Positions 39,639 through 48,864 of a stretch of 64,000 bases of DNA are shown here, in pieces. The position numbers were made by a program, and so were the translations under genes. Origin of the DNA: an uncultured Candidatus Saccharibacteria bacterium. Lineage in GTDB: Bacteria > Patescibacteriota > Minisyncoccia > Phycocordibacterales > EsbW-18. Within the stretch, counting starts at the first letter, position 1. Every line of letters begins with the position of its first letter. The stretch is taken from NCBI GenBank assembly GCA_964447415.1, contig CAYUSN010000001.1, positions 121,727 through 185,726 on the forward strand, in the 5' to 3' direction. The notes under the pieces were generated by a model. It searched no databases. It saw nothing but the letters and a program-made list of their open reading frames with translations, and was not told the DNA's origin.

Positions 39639-42224
39639 ATGAAAATGGAAGGATTTCAGTCACCACAGGAGGAACAACCGAAAGATCTTGACCATGTGAC
39701 GGCAGGTGATTTGCGGGATGTGTATAAGTCTGTGTTAAAGAGGAAGGAAGGTGAGGCTGCCGAAGAAGAAAGGGCACAGAAAACCGAGAGTTCGTCTCCG
39801 GAGGTAAAAAAATCTTCCGGACGCAAGACATCAAAAGGCCGGTTGCCCGCGAAATCTGATGAGAATAAGAAACCTGAGACATTTGTTCGCCCTGAAGAGG
39901 CGCTGTCCCGGAAAGAACTTGAACAGCTCGAGCAGAAATTGCGGGAGATTCCTTCTGAAGCTGAGCTCACACAACGAATCAGCGACGCCGCGTCGTTTGA
40001 TGAGCTTTTTGCCGCATTTGAGGGTGTGGAGATTGTTGAAGGTACACACACATACACTTTAGAGCAGGTGAAAAAAGGTATTGAGAAGCTTCGTGCGGAC
40101 GTTGTGCGCACCGCACAGGAAAAAAACGGAACCGAGGAGCGGACGTATGAGGTGTTCCAGGCGCTGTTGCGCTGGGGTCTTCCGGAATTCACAAGACGGT
40201 TCGGTTTGCGTGGTAAAGTCGAAGAGTTGTTAATTGAGGAGTATCATCTCGGACCTGAAGGGGCAGAGGAACAGTCTTCACAACCAGAGACAGAAGCGCA
40301 GGAGCCCGAAAAAGATGCCGAAAAACTTCTCGAAGCCGTTCCTGAAAAAGAAAAACCGACATGGCTGCGAAAAATCGCCGGTGCAGGGTTTGGTATTCAA
40401 CAAGCGAAGAACTGGGCGGGCGAACAGGCGTTCGGATTTGCGTACAAGAAATTTTTTGAAGGCGCAGTAGACGCAAAAAAGCAGGGAAAAGAGCTGAAAG
40501 GGTTTCAAAAAGCGCGGTTTGAAGCGGGGCTTCTGGTAGGCTCATTGGCGAGACATTACTCCGAAGCAAAAGATGTTTCGGAAAAAAACAAAGAGGACTT
40601 CTACGCCGGAAAAAGCAAGAAGATGGAGTGGGCGAAACTCGCAGGGGAGGGTATCCGTGCGGTGCGTGCGGTGTTTGCGCCGATGGGAATGCTGCGTTCT
40701 CCGGTGTGGACGCTGATTGCGCTTTCAAGAATCTCCGAGACCGCAAAAGAACACCGTTTTGAGAAGAAAAAATACGACGAATCATCGGATGAGGTCGCGG
40801 AAGACGCCATTGCAATGTACGAAGAGGCGCAGAAAGAAGCACGGGCAGCCGGAAGGGATCTTCCGACGTCAGATGATATCTCCCGCGTGTACGCAAAAGG
40901 TGTGATTCGCGGAACGCTTGAGTCGGGGACGGGTGTGCTTGCCAAAACTGCGGCGGGTTTGGGCGTGAAGAAGCTTATTGAGCCCGTGTTTAAGGAAATG
41001 CAGGCGGTTGAAGAAGATGCAACGCTTTCCGCTTCAGAAAAACAGGCGCGGCTGACCGTGTTGGCGCGTAAAAATGAAAAACTCATCAAGGAAGTGGACA
41101 TGCTCGTTGACCGGGCGGGTAGCGTGGATGCGGTTGCCTACTATCTGCGTCAGACTGGCGTCTGGACGAAACGTGTTTCAGCCGCGGTGGCGATAGAAAC
41201 TATTCTTGAGGCGGGGTACCACATCTTTGACAGTCTTGCAGAGGGAGCGGATGCGTCGCATTCGGCGGGTGCCGAAGTCTCATCACTGAAACGCCCGCAC
41301 GTTGCATCTATGGCGTATACGCTCGGGCACATGAAAGACACGGAGGGATTAGATTTGTCGGGTGTTGAGGCGCCGGTCCCGCCGGTTACCATCGAGCACG
41401 GCGGAAACATCTGGAGTTCCGCAAAAGACATTGCGGAGAAGGCGGGACTTTCAAAGGAGCAGTTCGCAGCCGCGTGGGGAGAGTCCACTGTGAAGCTTCC
41501 TGACGGACGCGTTATTCCGATTGCGGAGCTTAATTTGGTGCATGAGGGCGATACGCTCTCCTACGTGCCGGGAGAAGGGGATGCCGCGGGACATTTTGAA
41601 TTCAACAACGAATCACATATTGCGTACGGCGATACGTTGAATCTTCCGGGCGCACAGGAGGGCGAGGTGATTTCAAAGATGGATTTTGAACCGCAAGAAT
41701 ACTCTGAAGTCGTTGATTCGGGATCAGAAAATGTTGAGAAATTGATGCAAGATTACCCCGAGCTTACCCGTGAACAGGCGGAAAGAATAGAGGATATTAT
41801 GTCATCCGAACACAGCACGCTACCTGAAGCGGAGGGAATTACCGGAGAGGTCGGGACGGACTCGCCGCAGGAAGTTTCGGAAAAAATCTCCGGAACACCG
41901 GTTGACCGTCTTGCCGAGATGGGTATTGAAAAATACTCTGCTGATGTGGTTGATAAGGAGTTGCGTTGGTATTTCGGACAAAAATATCAGACATCTGAGG
42001 CGTGGAATCAGATTCAGGGTATGAGCGCGCGAAAATTTGAAAGAATGTCGCCCGGTGCCGAAGATGCGGAAATAATTACAAAATTTCAGTCGTATATTGA
42101 AGATCTCGGGAAAAAAACAGGAATCAAGCCGGTCGGAGGGTTGTTCCGGCGCGATGAAACCGTGCTTGAATACTTCGCACGTGTTAGAAGGGCTTTGATC
42201 GAACAAAAAAGCTCGGGTAGGTAG
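39639..42224 (+). CDS. Large hypothetical protein, 861 aa, highly charged (Lys/Glu-rich), no recognised domain.
   Basis: Long ORF directly upstream of the coupling protein-like ATPase. No TM segment or signal peptide seen. Confidence 0.6.
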   Translation: MKMEGFQSPQEEQPKDLDHVTAGDLRDVYKSVLKRKEGEAAEEERAQKTESSSPEVKKSSGRKTSKGRLPAKSDENKKPETFVRPEEALSRKELEQLEQKLREIPSEAELTQRISDAASFDELFAAFEGVEIVEGTHTYTLEQVKKGIEKLRADVVRTAQEKNGTEERTYEVFQALLRWGLPEFTRRFGLRGKVEELLIEEYHLGPEGAEEQSSQPETEAQEPEKDAEKLLEAVPEKEKPTWLRKIAGAGFGIQQAKNWAGEQAFGFAYKKFFEGAVDAKKQGKELKGFQKARFEAGLLVGSLARHYSEAKDVSEKNKEDFYAGKSKKMEWAKLAGEGIRAVRAVFAPMGMLRSPVWTLIALSRISETAKEHRFEKKKYDESSDEVAEDAIAMYEEAQKEARAAGRDLPTSDDISRVYAKGVIRGTLESGTGVLAKTAAGLGVKKLIEPVFKEMQAVEEDATLSASEKQARLTVLARKNEKLIKEVDMLVDRAGSVDAVAYYLRQTGVWTKRVSAAVAIETILEAGYHIFDSLAEGADASHSAGAEVSSLKRPHVASMAYTLGHMKDTEGLDLSGVEAPVPPVTIEHGGNIWSSAKDIAEKAGLSKEQFAAAWGESTVKLPDGRVIPIAELNLVHEGDTLSYVPGEGDAAGHFEFNNESHIAYGDTLNLPGAQEGEVISKMDFEPQEYSEVVDSGSENVEKLMQDYPELTREQAERIEDIMSSEHSTLPEAEGITGEVGTDSPQEVSEKISGTPVDRLAEMGIEKYSADVVDKELRWYFGQKYQTSEAWNQIQGMSARKFERMSPGAEDAEIITKFQSYIEDLGKKTGIKPVGGLFRRDETVLEYFARVRRALIEQKSSGR

Positions 42225-42277
42225 GAATAGCACATATACTCCTACATTCTGTGTGTTTCAGTTGCTATACTATTCGT

Positions 42278-45037
42278 ATGGAACGTTTTTCCGTTACCCC
42301 TGAAACAAAATTTTCCTCAGCAGAGCAGGAGGCGGCATTTTTGCGGGAACGGCTTAAACAACTAGAGCAAAACGTTGATGCGGGTACGCACGAGCTCGTG
42401 CACACAGGTACTGAAGAGGAAATTACGCGTACCTACGCAAAAACCGCCCCCGATAAAGTGCTTGCCAAGGGCCATGAAATGCTCCAGCCGGAAGTTGATG
42501 CTGTGGTGCTTGATTTGGCGCCTGAGGAGCACGACACCATCATGGGTGAGCTTTTGACGTTGGTTCGTGAGAAAGGTGTCCGTAACGCGCTTTCTGTTGT
42601 TGAGAAACTTCACGATGCCCATGTTGAGGACGACTTTCATCGCTTTTTGGCCGAGTATCTGAAGGAAGGGTATGCAACGAAAGGTGTTAAAGAGGGCGAG
42701 CCTTTGTGGAAAGCGCTCCACATGACGCTTCTGGAGGTGACACTGCCGTTTGCCGCCTCCGACGCACAGGAACATCAAAAACCTCTGAAGGAACTGCTAT
42801 CGTCCATGGAGCAGTTTTATGCCGGCGCCTTGTCGGTTGCGGAGGAAAAAGGTTCCAAGAAAAACTATTTTGCCCTTGAACTTGCGGTTGAGTCGCATCA
42901 GGAGCATGTGGTGCTGTATCTCTCCGTTCCGGTGGAGAAAGTGCCGCTGTTTGAAAAGCAATTGCTCTCCATTTTTCCGCAGGCGCGCATCGAAGTCTCG
43001 AAAAACGACTACAACATCTTTGTTCCGGAAGGACAGACGGCGGGTTCCGTTGCCTCATATGCACAGCCGTCCGCGTATTCAATAAAAACACACGAATCGT
43101 TCGACTACGACCCGCTCAATATTCTGCTCTCGGCTTTCGGAAAACTCCTGCGCGTCGGTGAAGGAGCGGCGGTACAAGTGCTTGTTCGGGCCGCACAAAC
43201 CGACTATGCGGCGACATACCGGAAGGCGCTTGAAAAAATACTGAAAGGGACGCCTGTGAAAGAGGCGCTTAAGGAAAAATCGGTGGTGTCCTCAATCGGC
43301 AAGGAAATTAACGAGCTCTTTTTCATGACGAAAGAGAAAAAAGACAAGAAAAAAGAAAAAGAGCGGGAACACCCCGTGGACGATATCGCGGTTGAGCAGA
43401 TTAAACAGAAAATTTCGCACCCGATTGCCGAAGTGAACGTGCGCTTGCTTGCATCCGCAACCTCACAAACGCGCGCTGATGCAATTCTTTCGGATATTGA
43501 AGCAACCTTCAGCCAGTTTAATGAACCGCGCGGGAACGCGTTTGCATTTACTCGCGTCAAACCCGGCAACATCAAGGTTCTTATAAAGAACTTTGCGTTC
43601 CGCCTGTTTGCAGACGGCGACGTGATGCCGATGAATCTCCGCGAGATCGCATCTTTTATCCATGTTCCGTCAACGAGCGGCGATGCATCGCGCGAACTGA
43701 AGCGTTCGAAATCTACTGTGACGCCCGCACCGATAGACCTTCCGCAAGAGGGCGTACTTCTCGGTTACAACACATACGGTAACCAGCAGACGCCCGTGCG
43801 CATGCTTCCGGAAGACCGTCTGCGCCATCTCTACTGCGTCGGACAGACCGGTGTAGGAAAGACAACGCTTTTGAAAAATATGATTATCCAAGACATCAAA
43901 AACGGTGAGGGTGTGTGTATGATTGACCCGCACGGCACAGACCTCATTGATGTGCTTTCACAAATTCCTGCGGAGCGCTGGGATGATGTGATTTATTTTG
44001 ATCCTGCGTATACACCGCGCCCGATGGGACTCAACATGCTTGAGTACGATACACGCTATCCCGAGCAAAAAACATTCGTGGTTAACGAGGTGTTCTCCAT
44101 CTTCCAGAAGCTGTACGGCAGTGTGCCCGAGTCAATGGGACCGATGTTTGAACAGTATTTCCGTAACTCGGCCATGCTCGTGATTGAAGATCCGGAGACG
44201 GGTAACACGCTGTTTGATGTCTCTCGGGTGATGACCGATAAGGCATTTCGTGACCTGAAGCTTTCCCGCTGTAAAAACCCTGTGGTGGTGCAGTTTTGGC
44301 GTGAAATCGCCGAAAAAGCGGGCGGTGAAGCCTCGCTTGCCAATATCGTGCCCTACATCTCGAGTAAATTTGACGTGTTTTTGGCAAACGACATCATGCG
44401 TCCGATTATTACGCAAAAGAAATCGGTCTTTAATTTCCGCGAAATCATGGATGAGCGCAAGATTCTTTTGGTGAACCTTTCAAAGGGTCGTTTGGGCGAC
44501 ATCAACGCAAACCTCATCGGACTCATCATTGTCGGCAAGATTTTGATGGCGGCGCTCTCACGAGTTGATATGCTCGGCACAAAAGACATTCCGCCTTTCT
44601 ATCTGTATATCGACGAATTTCAAAATGTGACGACAGACTCTATTGCAACAATTCTCTCGGAGGCACGCAAATACAAACTGGGGCTCAATGTGTACCACCA
44701 GTACATCAAACAGCTTGATGAGAAAATCCGCGATGCGGTGTTCGGCAACGTCGGCACCATCTGCTCCTACCGTGTGGGTTCCGAAGATGCGGAGTTTTTG
44801 GAAAAACAATTTACACCGGTATTTACCGCAAACGATCTCATGAATGTCGACAACTTTAACGCGTTTCTCAAACCGCTCATCAGAAATAAAACAGAGCGCC
44901 CATTTTCAATCTACATACCCAACACAGAAAAAGGAAACCCGGAGGTGATTGAAACACTCAAACAGCTTTCGTACAACCGATTCGGACGTCCGCGCGAAGA
45001 AGTCGAAGCGGAAATCGGCTCGATGTACAAGGTGTAA
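42278..45037 (+). CDS. Type IV coupling protein-like (VirD4/TraG, FtsK/HerA superfamily) ATPase, fused to a ~480-aa N-terminal domain of unknown function.
   Basis: Walker A YCVGQTGVGKTTLL, then MIDPHGTDL, then Walker B-like FYLYIDEFQNV. Start MERFSV at 42278. No N-terminal TM helices. Confidence 0.65.
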   Translation: MERFSVTPETKFSSAEQEAAFLRERLKQLEQNVDAGTHELVHTGTEEEITRTYAKTAPDKVLAKGHEMLQPEVDAVVLDLAPEEHDTIMGELLTLVREKGVRNALSVVEKLHDAHVEDDFHRFLAEYLKEGYATKGVKEGEPLWKALHMTLLEVTLPFAASDAQEHQKPLKELLSSMEQFYAGALSVAEEKGSKKNYFALELAVESHQEHVVLYLSVPVEKVPLFEKQLLSIFPQARIEVSKNDYNIFVPEGQTAGSVASYAQPSAYSIKTHESFDYDPLNILLSAFGKLLRVGEGAAVQVLVRAAQTDYAATYRKALEKILKGTPVKEALKEKSVVSSIGKEINELFFMTKEKKDKKKEKEREHPVDDIAVEQIKQKISHPIAEVNVRLLASATSQTRADAILSDIEATFSQFNEPRGNAFAFTRVKPGNIKVLIKNFAFRLFADGDVMPMNLREIASFIHVPSTSGDASRELKRSKSTVTPAPIDLPQEGVLLGYNTYGNQQTPVRMLPEDRLRHLYCVGQTGVGKTTLLKNMIIQDIKNGEGVCMIDPHGTDLIDVLSQIPAERWDDVIYFDPAYTPRPMGLNMLEYDTRYPEQKTFVVNEVFSIFQKLYGSVPESMGPMFEQYFRNSAMLVIEDPETGNTLFDVSRVMTDKAFRDLKLSRCKNPVVVQFWREIAEKAGGEASLANIVPYISSKFDVFLANDIMRPIITQKKSVFNFREIMDERKILLVNLSKGRLGDINANLIGLIIVGKILMAALSRVDMLGTKDIPPFYLYIDEFQNVTTDSIATILSEARKYKLGLNVYHQYIKQLDEKIRDAVFGNVGTICSYRVGSEDAEFLEKQFTPVFTANDLMNVDNFNAFLKPLIRNKTERPFSIYIPNTEKGNPEVIETLKQLSYNRFGRPREEVEAEIGSMYKV

Positions 45038-45101
45038 GGTGTTTCTTGCCCGTACTGCGGGCGTCTGATACGATGGTGCCGTTACACATAGCATTTTTAG
45101 C

Positions 45102-45686
45102 ATGAAAAATCCAAAAGAGGAGAAGACATTCGTGATGATTAAACCCGACGGCGTGCGGAAAGGACTTGTCGGCGAGATTATCAAACGCTTTGAACAGCGT
45201 GACATGAAGATTGTGGCGCTTGAAATGTACCAACCGACCCTTAAACAGGTTGATAGTCATTACCCGAAGGATAAAGCATGGGTTACCCGTCTTGGGGAAA
45301 AGACTTCGGCGACATACGAGAAGTACGGATACTCTCTAAAAAGTCATTTTGGTACTGATGACAAGTTTAAAATAGGAAAAGAAGTCCGTAGTTGGTTATT
45401 GAAATACATGACATCCGGGCCGATTGTGAAAATGGTCGTGCAAGGTGTTCATGCGGTTGATATGATTCGGAAAATTGTCGGTCCGACTCTGCCATATTCT
45501 GCTGAAATGGGCACGATTCGCGGAGATTTCTCCGCGGACTCACCGGCGCTGGCAAATGCCGAGAAACGCGCCGTTATGAACCTTGTTCATGCGTCAGAAA
45601 CACCCGCAGAAGCGGCGCACGAGATCAAACATTGGTTTGGGAAGGAGCCGATTTATGCCTATAAACGCTTCGGCATTGATGAATGA
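45102..45686 (+). CDS. ndk: Nucleoside diphosphate kinase, long variant with insertions.
   Basis: ERTFVMIKPDGV signature. Active-site His context NLVHAS. Confidence 0.8.
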   Translation: MKNPKEEKTFVMIKPDGVRKGLVGEIIKRFEQRDMKIVALEMYQPTLKQVDSHYPKDKAWVTRLGEKTSATYEKYGYSLKSHFGTDDKFKIGKEVRSWLLKYMTSGPIVKMVVQGVHAVDMIRKIVGPTLPYSAEMGTIRGDFSADSPALANAEKRAVMNLVHASETPAEAAHEIKHWFGKEPIYAYKRFGIDE

Positions 45687-45688
45687 AC

Positions 45689-45774
45689 CCAGCACTTAAT
45701 TTACCCTGTGTTTTTTGGTTTGGTGAGGATTGGTTAGTAAGGAACGAGGGAAAAATGATACGATGTGCATGAAT
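45689..45774. repeat. Hairpin element, copy D. A 13-bp inverted repeat CCAGCACTTAATT…AATTAAGTGCTGG encloses ~60 nt.
   Basis: Begins 2 nt after the ndk stop. Same tips as copies A to C. Confidence 0.6.
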
Positions 45775-45844
45775 TAAGTGCTGGATGAAGCTGACATCAA
45801 TCAAAATCAGAATCTTTGTCAAATCTTCATAAAACGAAATCCAA

Positions 45845-45872
45845 AAACACGCCAAAAACTGGCGTGTTTTGT
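45845..45872 (+). terminator. Intrinsic terminator (AAAACACGCC-aaaaact-GGCGTGTTTT).
   Basis: Hairpin flanked by an A tract and a T tract, so it could act in either direction. Confidence 0.5.
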
Positions 45873-46029
45873 GTCGGGCGTATTCACTTTTTGTGCGCGT
45901 GTGGTGAACGGTGTTATCCCCCTTGCACGTTTTTGTCAAAAGGGAGTATCGTACTAGTAGGGGTTATTTTGGATATTATCTAGATCAAATAAAAACTTAT
46001 AGGGACTCCGAATTGTTTCAAACCGCGCA

Positions 46030-46136
46030 CCTTGGTGCTCGTACTGAGGAGACCCACCTAGCATACGCTAGGTAACACATCCGAGATGACCCCACAGATG
46101 AGCTCCGACCGCAAGGTCGGGGCTCATCTGTTTTTC
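46030..46136 (+). ncRNA. Candidate small structured RNA or leader: nested GC hairpins CAGATGAGC[TCCGACC-gcaa-GGTCGG]GGCTCATCTG followed by TTTTT.
   Basis: No ORF here. Strong coaxial hairpins with a U tract, ~45 nt upstream of the 46183 gene. No known family recognised. Confidence 0.25.
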
Positions 46137-46182
46137 GTGTGATATACTAAGGGTATTACACGCAGACTAGTCTTGATATTTT

Positions 46183-46611
46183 GTGATAGAAAAGCGAAAA
46201 AACATCCTCCTACTCGCGCTTTTGGTGATTGCATTTGCTGTGTTAACGCTTGATCGGATTGCGCAGGACAACTATCTGTACTGGACGTATTGGTGGTACG
46301 ACATCATGATGCACTTTCTCGGCGGGTTTCTTGTCGCCGGCATCGCGCTGTGGTTTCTTGCGCGCTTTTCACACGAGTCAGTGCGCGGCGCACGCCGTGC
46401 GCTGTATGTTGCAGTCAGTACCGCTATTATCGTCGGTATCGGATGGGAATTTTTTGAATATTTTTCCGGAGCACTTCTGCAGCAGGAGGGAAGCGTTGTC
46501 GGTGACACTGCGCTTGATTTGGTGATGGACACGGTCGGTGCGCTCGTGATGTGGGGAATTCTTGCAAAAATTTTTTTCGTACAGATTATTGACGACATGC
46601 GTCCGCTATGA
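46183..46611 (+). CDS. Small polytopic membrane protein (VanZ-like topology), hypothetical.
   Basis: Four predicted TM helices. Overlaps the next gene by 4 nt. Confidence 0.5.
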   Translation: MIEKRKNILLLALLVIAFAVLTLDRIAQDNYLYWTYWWYDIMMHFLGGFLVAGIALWFLARFSHESVRGARRALYVAVSTAIIVGIGWEFFEYFSGALLQQEGSVVGDTALDLVMDTVGALVMWGILAKIFFVQIIDDMRPL

Positions 46612-47987
46612 GCACCGAGCAATCTTCAAAAGACGTACGAATTGTGTTTCATGGCGGCGTCGGTACAGTGACGGGTGCAAATTTTCTGCTTGCATCGTCG
46701 CAGATACAAATTCTCGTTGACTGCGGTCTGCTGCAGGGTCAGCGCATGTGCAGTGCCGAAAACAGCGACCCGTTTCCGTACAATCCCGCAGAGATGCAGG
46801 CGCTTCTTGTGACGCACTCACACATTGATCATATCGGGCGCATTCCGAAATTGGTGAAGGATGGTTTTAGGGGGACGATTTATTCCACGCTCGAAACAAA
46901 AAAACTTGCCGAAGTGATGCTGCCGGACGCAGCGCAACTCTTGATGCAGGAGTCGCTCACCTGCGGAACACCGCCGCCATATACGGCTGACGATGTCGCG
47001 CCTATTTTTGAGAAGTGGGAAACGATGCCGTACTACGCGTCATTTCCGCTCGGTGACTTTACCGTAAAATTCCAAAACGCGGGCCATATTCTCGGTTCCG
47101 CGATGGTTGAGATCGTTCATCCGAAGGTGGGAAAGATTCTCTTTACCGGCGATCTCGGCAATTCACCCTCACTGCTTCTCAAGGATACCGATGCGGTTGA
47201 AGAGGTGAACTACCTTGTTGTGGAATCAGTCTACGGCGACCGTGTGCATGAGGTTGTTGAGAACCGTCTCGGGCAGCTCGAAGACATCGTTGAACGGACA
47301 ATTTTACACGGAGGCACACTGCTGATTCCGACATTCTCCGTCGAGCGTACTCAAAACATTCTATACGAGATTAATCTGCTTGTTGAAAAAGACCGTATAC
47401 CGCATATTCCCGTCTTTCTTGACTCACCGCTTGCAACAAAGGTGACGGAGATTTACCGCAACGCAAAAACCGAATACAACGAATCGGTACAGCGCACGAT
47501 GGCGAAGGGGGATGACATTTTTGCGTTTGAAGGACTGCGTGTCGTTGAGTCGCCGGAGGAATCGCAGGAGATTCACAACATGTCGGGACCGAAAATCATC
47601 ATCGCGGGTTCGGGAATGTCCACCGGCGGACGTGTGTTGAGCCACGAGAAGCACTATCTCTCCGATCCGTCCTGCACGCTGCTTATCGTCGGCTATCAGG
47701 CACCAGGAAGTTTGGGTCGCCAGCTTGTAGACGGGGCAAAAGACGTACAGATTGAGAAAGAAGAGGTGGCCGTGCGCGCGAAAGTGGTTTCGGTGTCGGG
47801 ATACTCGGGGCATCGCGACGTCAACGGCCTGCTCGAGTTCGTCAACAGCACCAACACGTCGCTAAAACGCGCGTTTGTAGTGATGGGCGAGCCGAAAAGT
47901 TCCCAGTTTTTTGCACAACGGCTGCGTGATTACTATGGCGTTGACGCGTATGTGCCTACCGCAGGAGAAACTGTTGAACTTCCGTAG
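46608..47987 (+). CDS. Metallo-beta-lactamase fold ribonuclease with a beta-CASP domain (CPSF/RNase J-like).
   Basis: HSHIDHIG (HxHxDH) motif and downstream beta-CASP motifs (D…H…H). Confidence 0.8.
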   Translation: MSTEQSSKDVRIVFHGGVGTVTGANFLLASSQIQILVDCGLLQGQRMCSAENSDPFPYNPAEMQALLVTHSHIDHIGRIPKLVKDGFRGTIYSTLETKKLAEVMLPDAAQLLMQESLTCGTPPPYTADDVAPIFEKWETMPYYASFPLGDFTVKFQNAGHILGSAMVEIVHPKVGKILFTGDLGNSPSLLLKDTDAVEEVNYLVVESVYGDRVHEVVENRLGQLEDIVERTILHGGTLLIPTFSVERTQNILYEINLLVEKDRIPHIPVFLDSPLATKVTEIYRNAKTEYNESVQRTMAKGDDIFAFEGLRVVESPEESQEIHNMSGPKIIIAGSGMSTGGRVLSHEKHYLSDPSCTLLIVGYQAPGSLGRQLVDGAKDVQIEKEEVAVRAKVVSVSGYSGHRDVNGLLEFVNSTNTSLKRAFVVMGEPKSSQFFAQRLRDYYGVDAYVPTAGETVELP

Positions 47988-48023
47988 ACGCCGTTTGCGT
48001 GTGCGGTATACTACAATAACGTT

Positions 48024-48650
48024 ATGACCTACCGAAAAGAGGTGAATCAAGACATCAAGTTGTGTGTGTCAGGAGCGGCGGAAACGTCGAACTGCGGACC
48101 GCACGCATACGAACTTGCCAAGGAACTCGGCCGTGAGATTGCGCGCCATGATGCGGTGGTCGTCACCGGCGCCACGACGGGATTTCCGCTGTGGGCGGCA
48201 ATCGGGGCAAAAGAAGCGGAAGGAACTTCCATCGGCTTTTCTCCGGCGGCATCAGAGCGCGAACACATTGAGGCATTCCGGCTCCCCGTTGATTACATGG
48301 ACCTTATCATTTACACGGGATTCGGTTATTCGGGACGCGACCTTATTTTGACCCGTTCATCGGATGCCGTGCTGTTCGGGTGCGGACGCATCGGAACAAT
48401 TCACGAATTTACCATCGCGTTTGAAGACAACAAACCCATCGGTATTTTGGAAGGGGACTGGATGACGGATGAAACAATCAAAACAATTCTCGAGCGCAGC
48501 AACCGCGCATACGACAAGGTGATATTTGATACGAATCCGAAAAGTCTTGTTGAGAAAATTATCGAGCTGGTGAAACGCGACAAGGCCGCCGACAAGATGA
48601 CGTACAGTTACCGTCCCGTGGAAGAAGACGACGGCGCACTACATGGATAA
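48024..48650 (+). CDS. LOG / TIGR00725-family Rossmann-fold protein.
   Basis: GCGRIGTIHEF resembles the LOG PGGxGTxxE motif. Size and layout fit. Confidence 0.55.
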   Translation: MTYRKEVNQDIKLCVSGAAETSNCGPHAYELAKELGREIARHDAVVVTGATTGFPLWAAIGAKEAEGTSIGFSPAASEREHIEAFRLPVDYMDLIIYTGFGYSGRDLILTRSSDAVLFGCGRIGTIHEFTIAFEDNKPIGILEGDWMTDETIKTILERSNRAYDKVIFDTNPKSLVEKIIELVKRDKAADKMTYSYRPVEEDDGALHG

Positions 48651-48656
48651 GCCTCG

Positions 48657-48705
48657 GCCCACTTTATTTTAGAAAACACGAAAACCGGTCACGCGGTTTT
48701 TTTTG
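48657..48705 (+). terminator. Intrinsic terminator (AAAACCG-gtcacg-CGGTTTTTTTT).
   Basis: Short stem plus T8. Confidence 0.4.
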
Positions 48706-48864
48706 ATATCTTTATGTTCTTTCATCGGATTTTCCATAATGTAAGAAGATAAAATTTTTCTAAAGTTGTTTTGTCTCGACCGTTGACAACAGTTGGCAAT
48801 CGTTTAAGATTAGTTCCCAGATAGGACAGAATAGTTCTGTCCCACGAAGTACCTTGAAAAGGAG

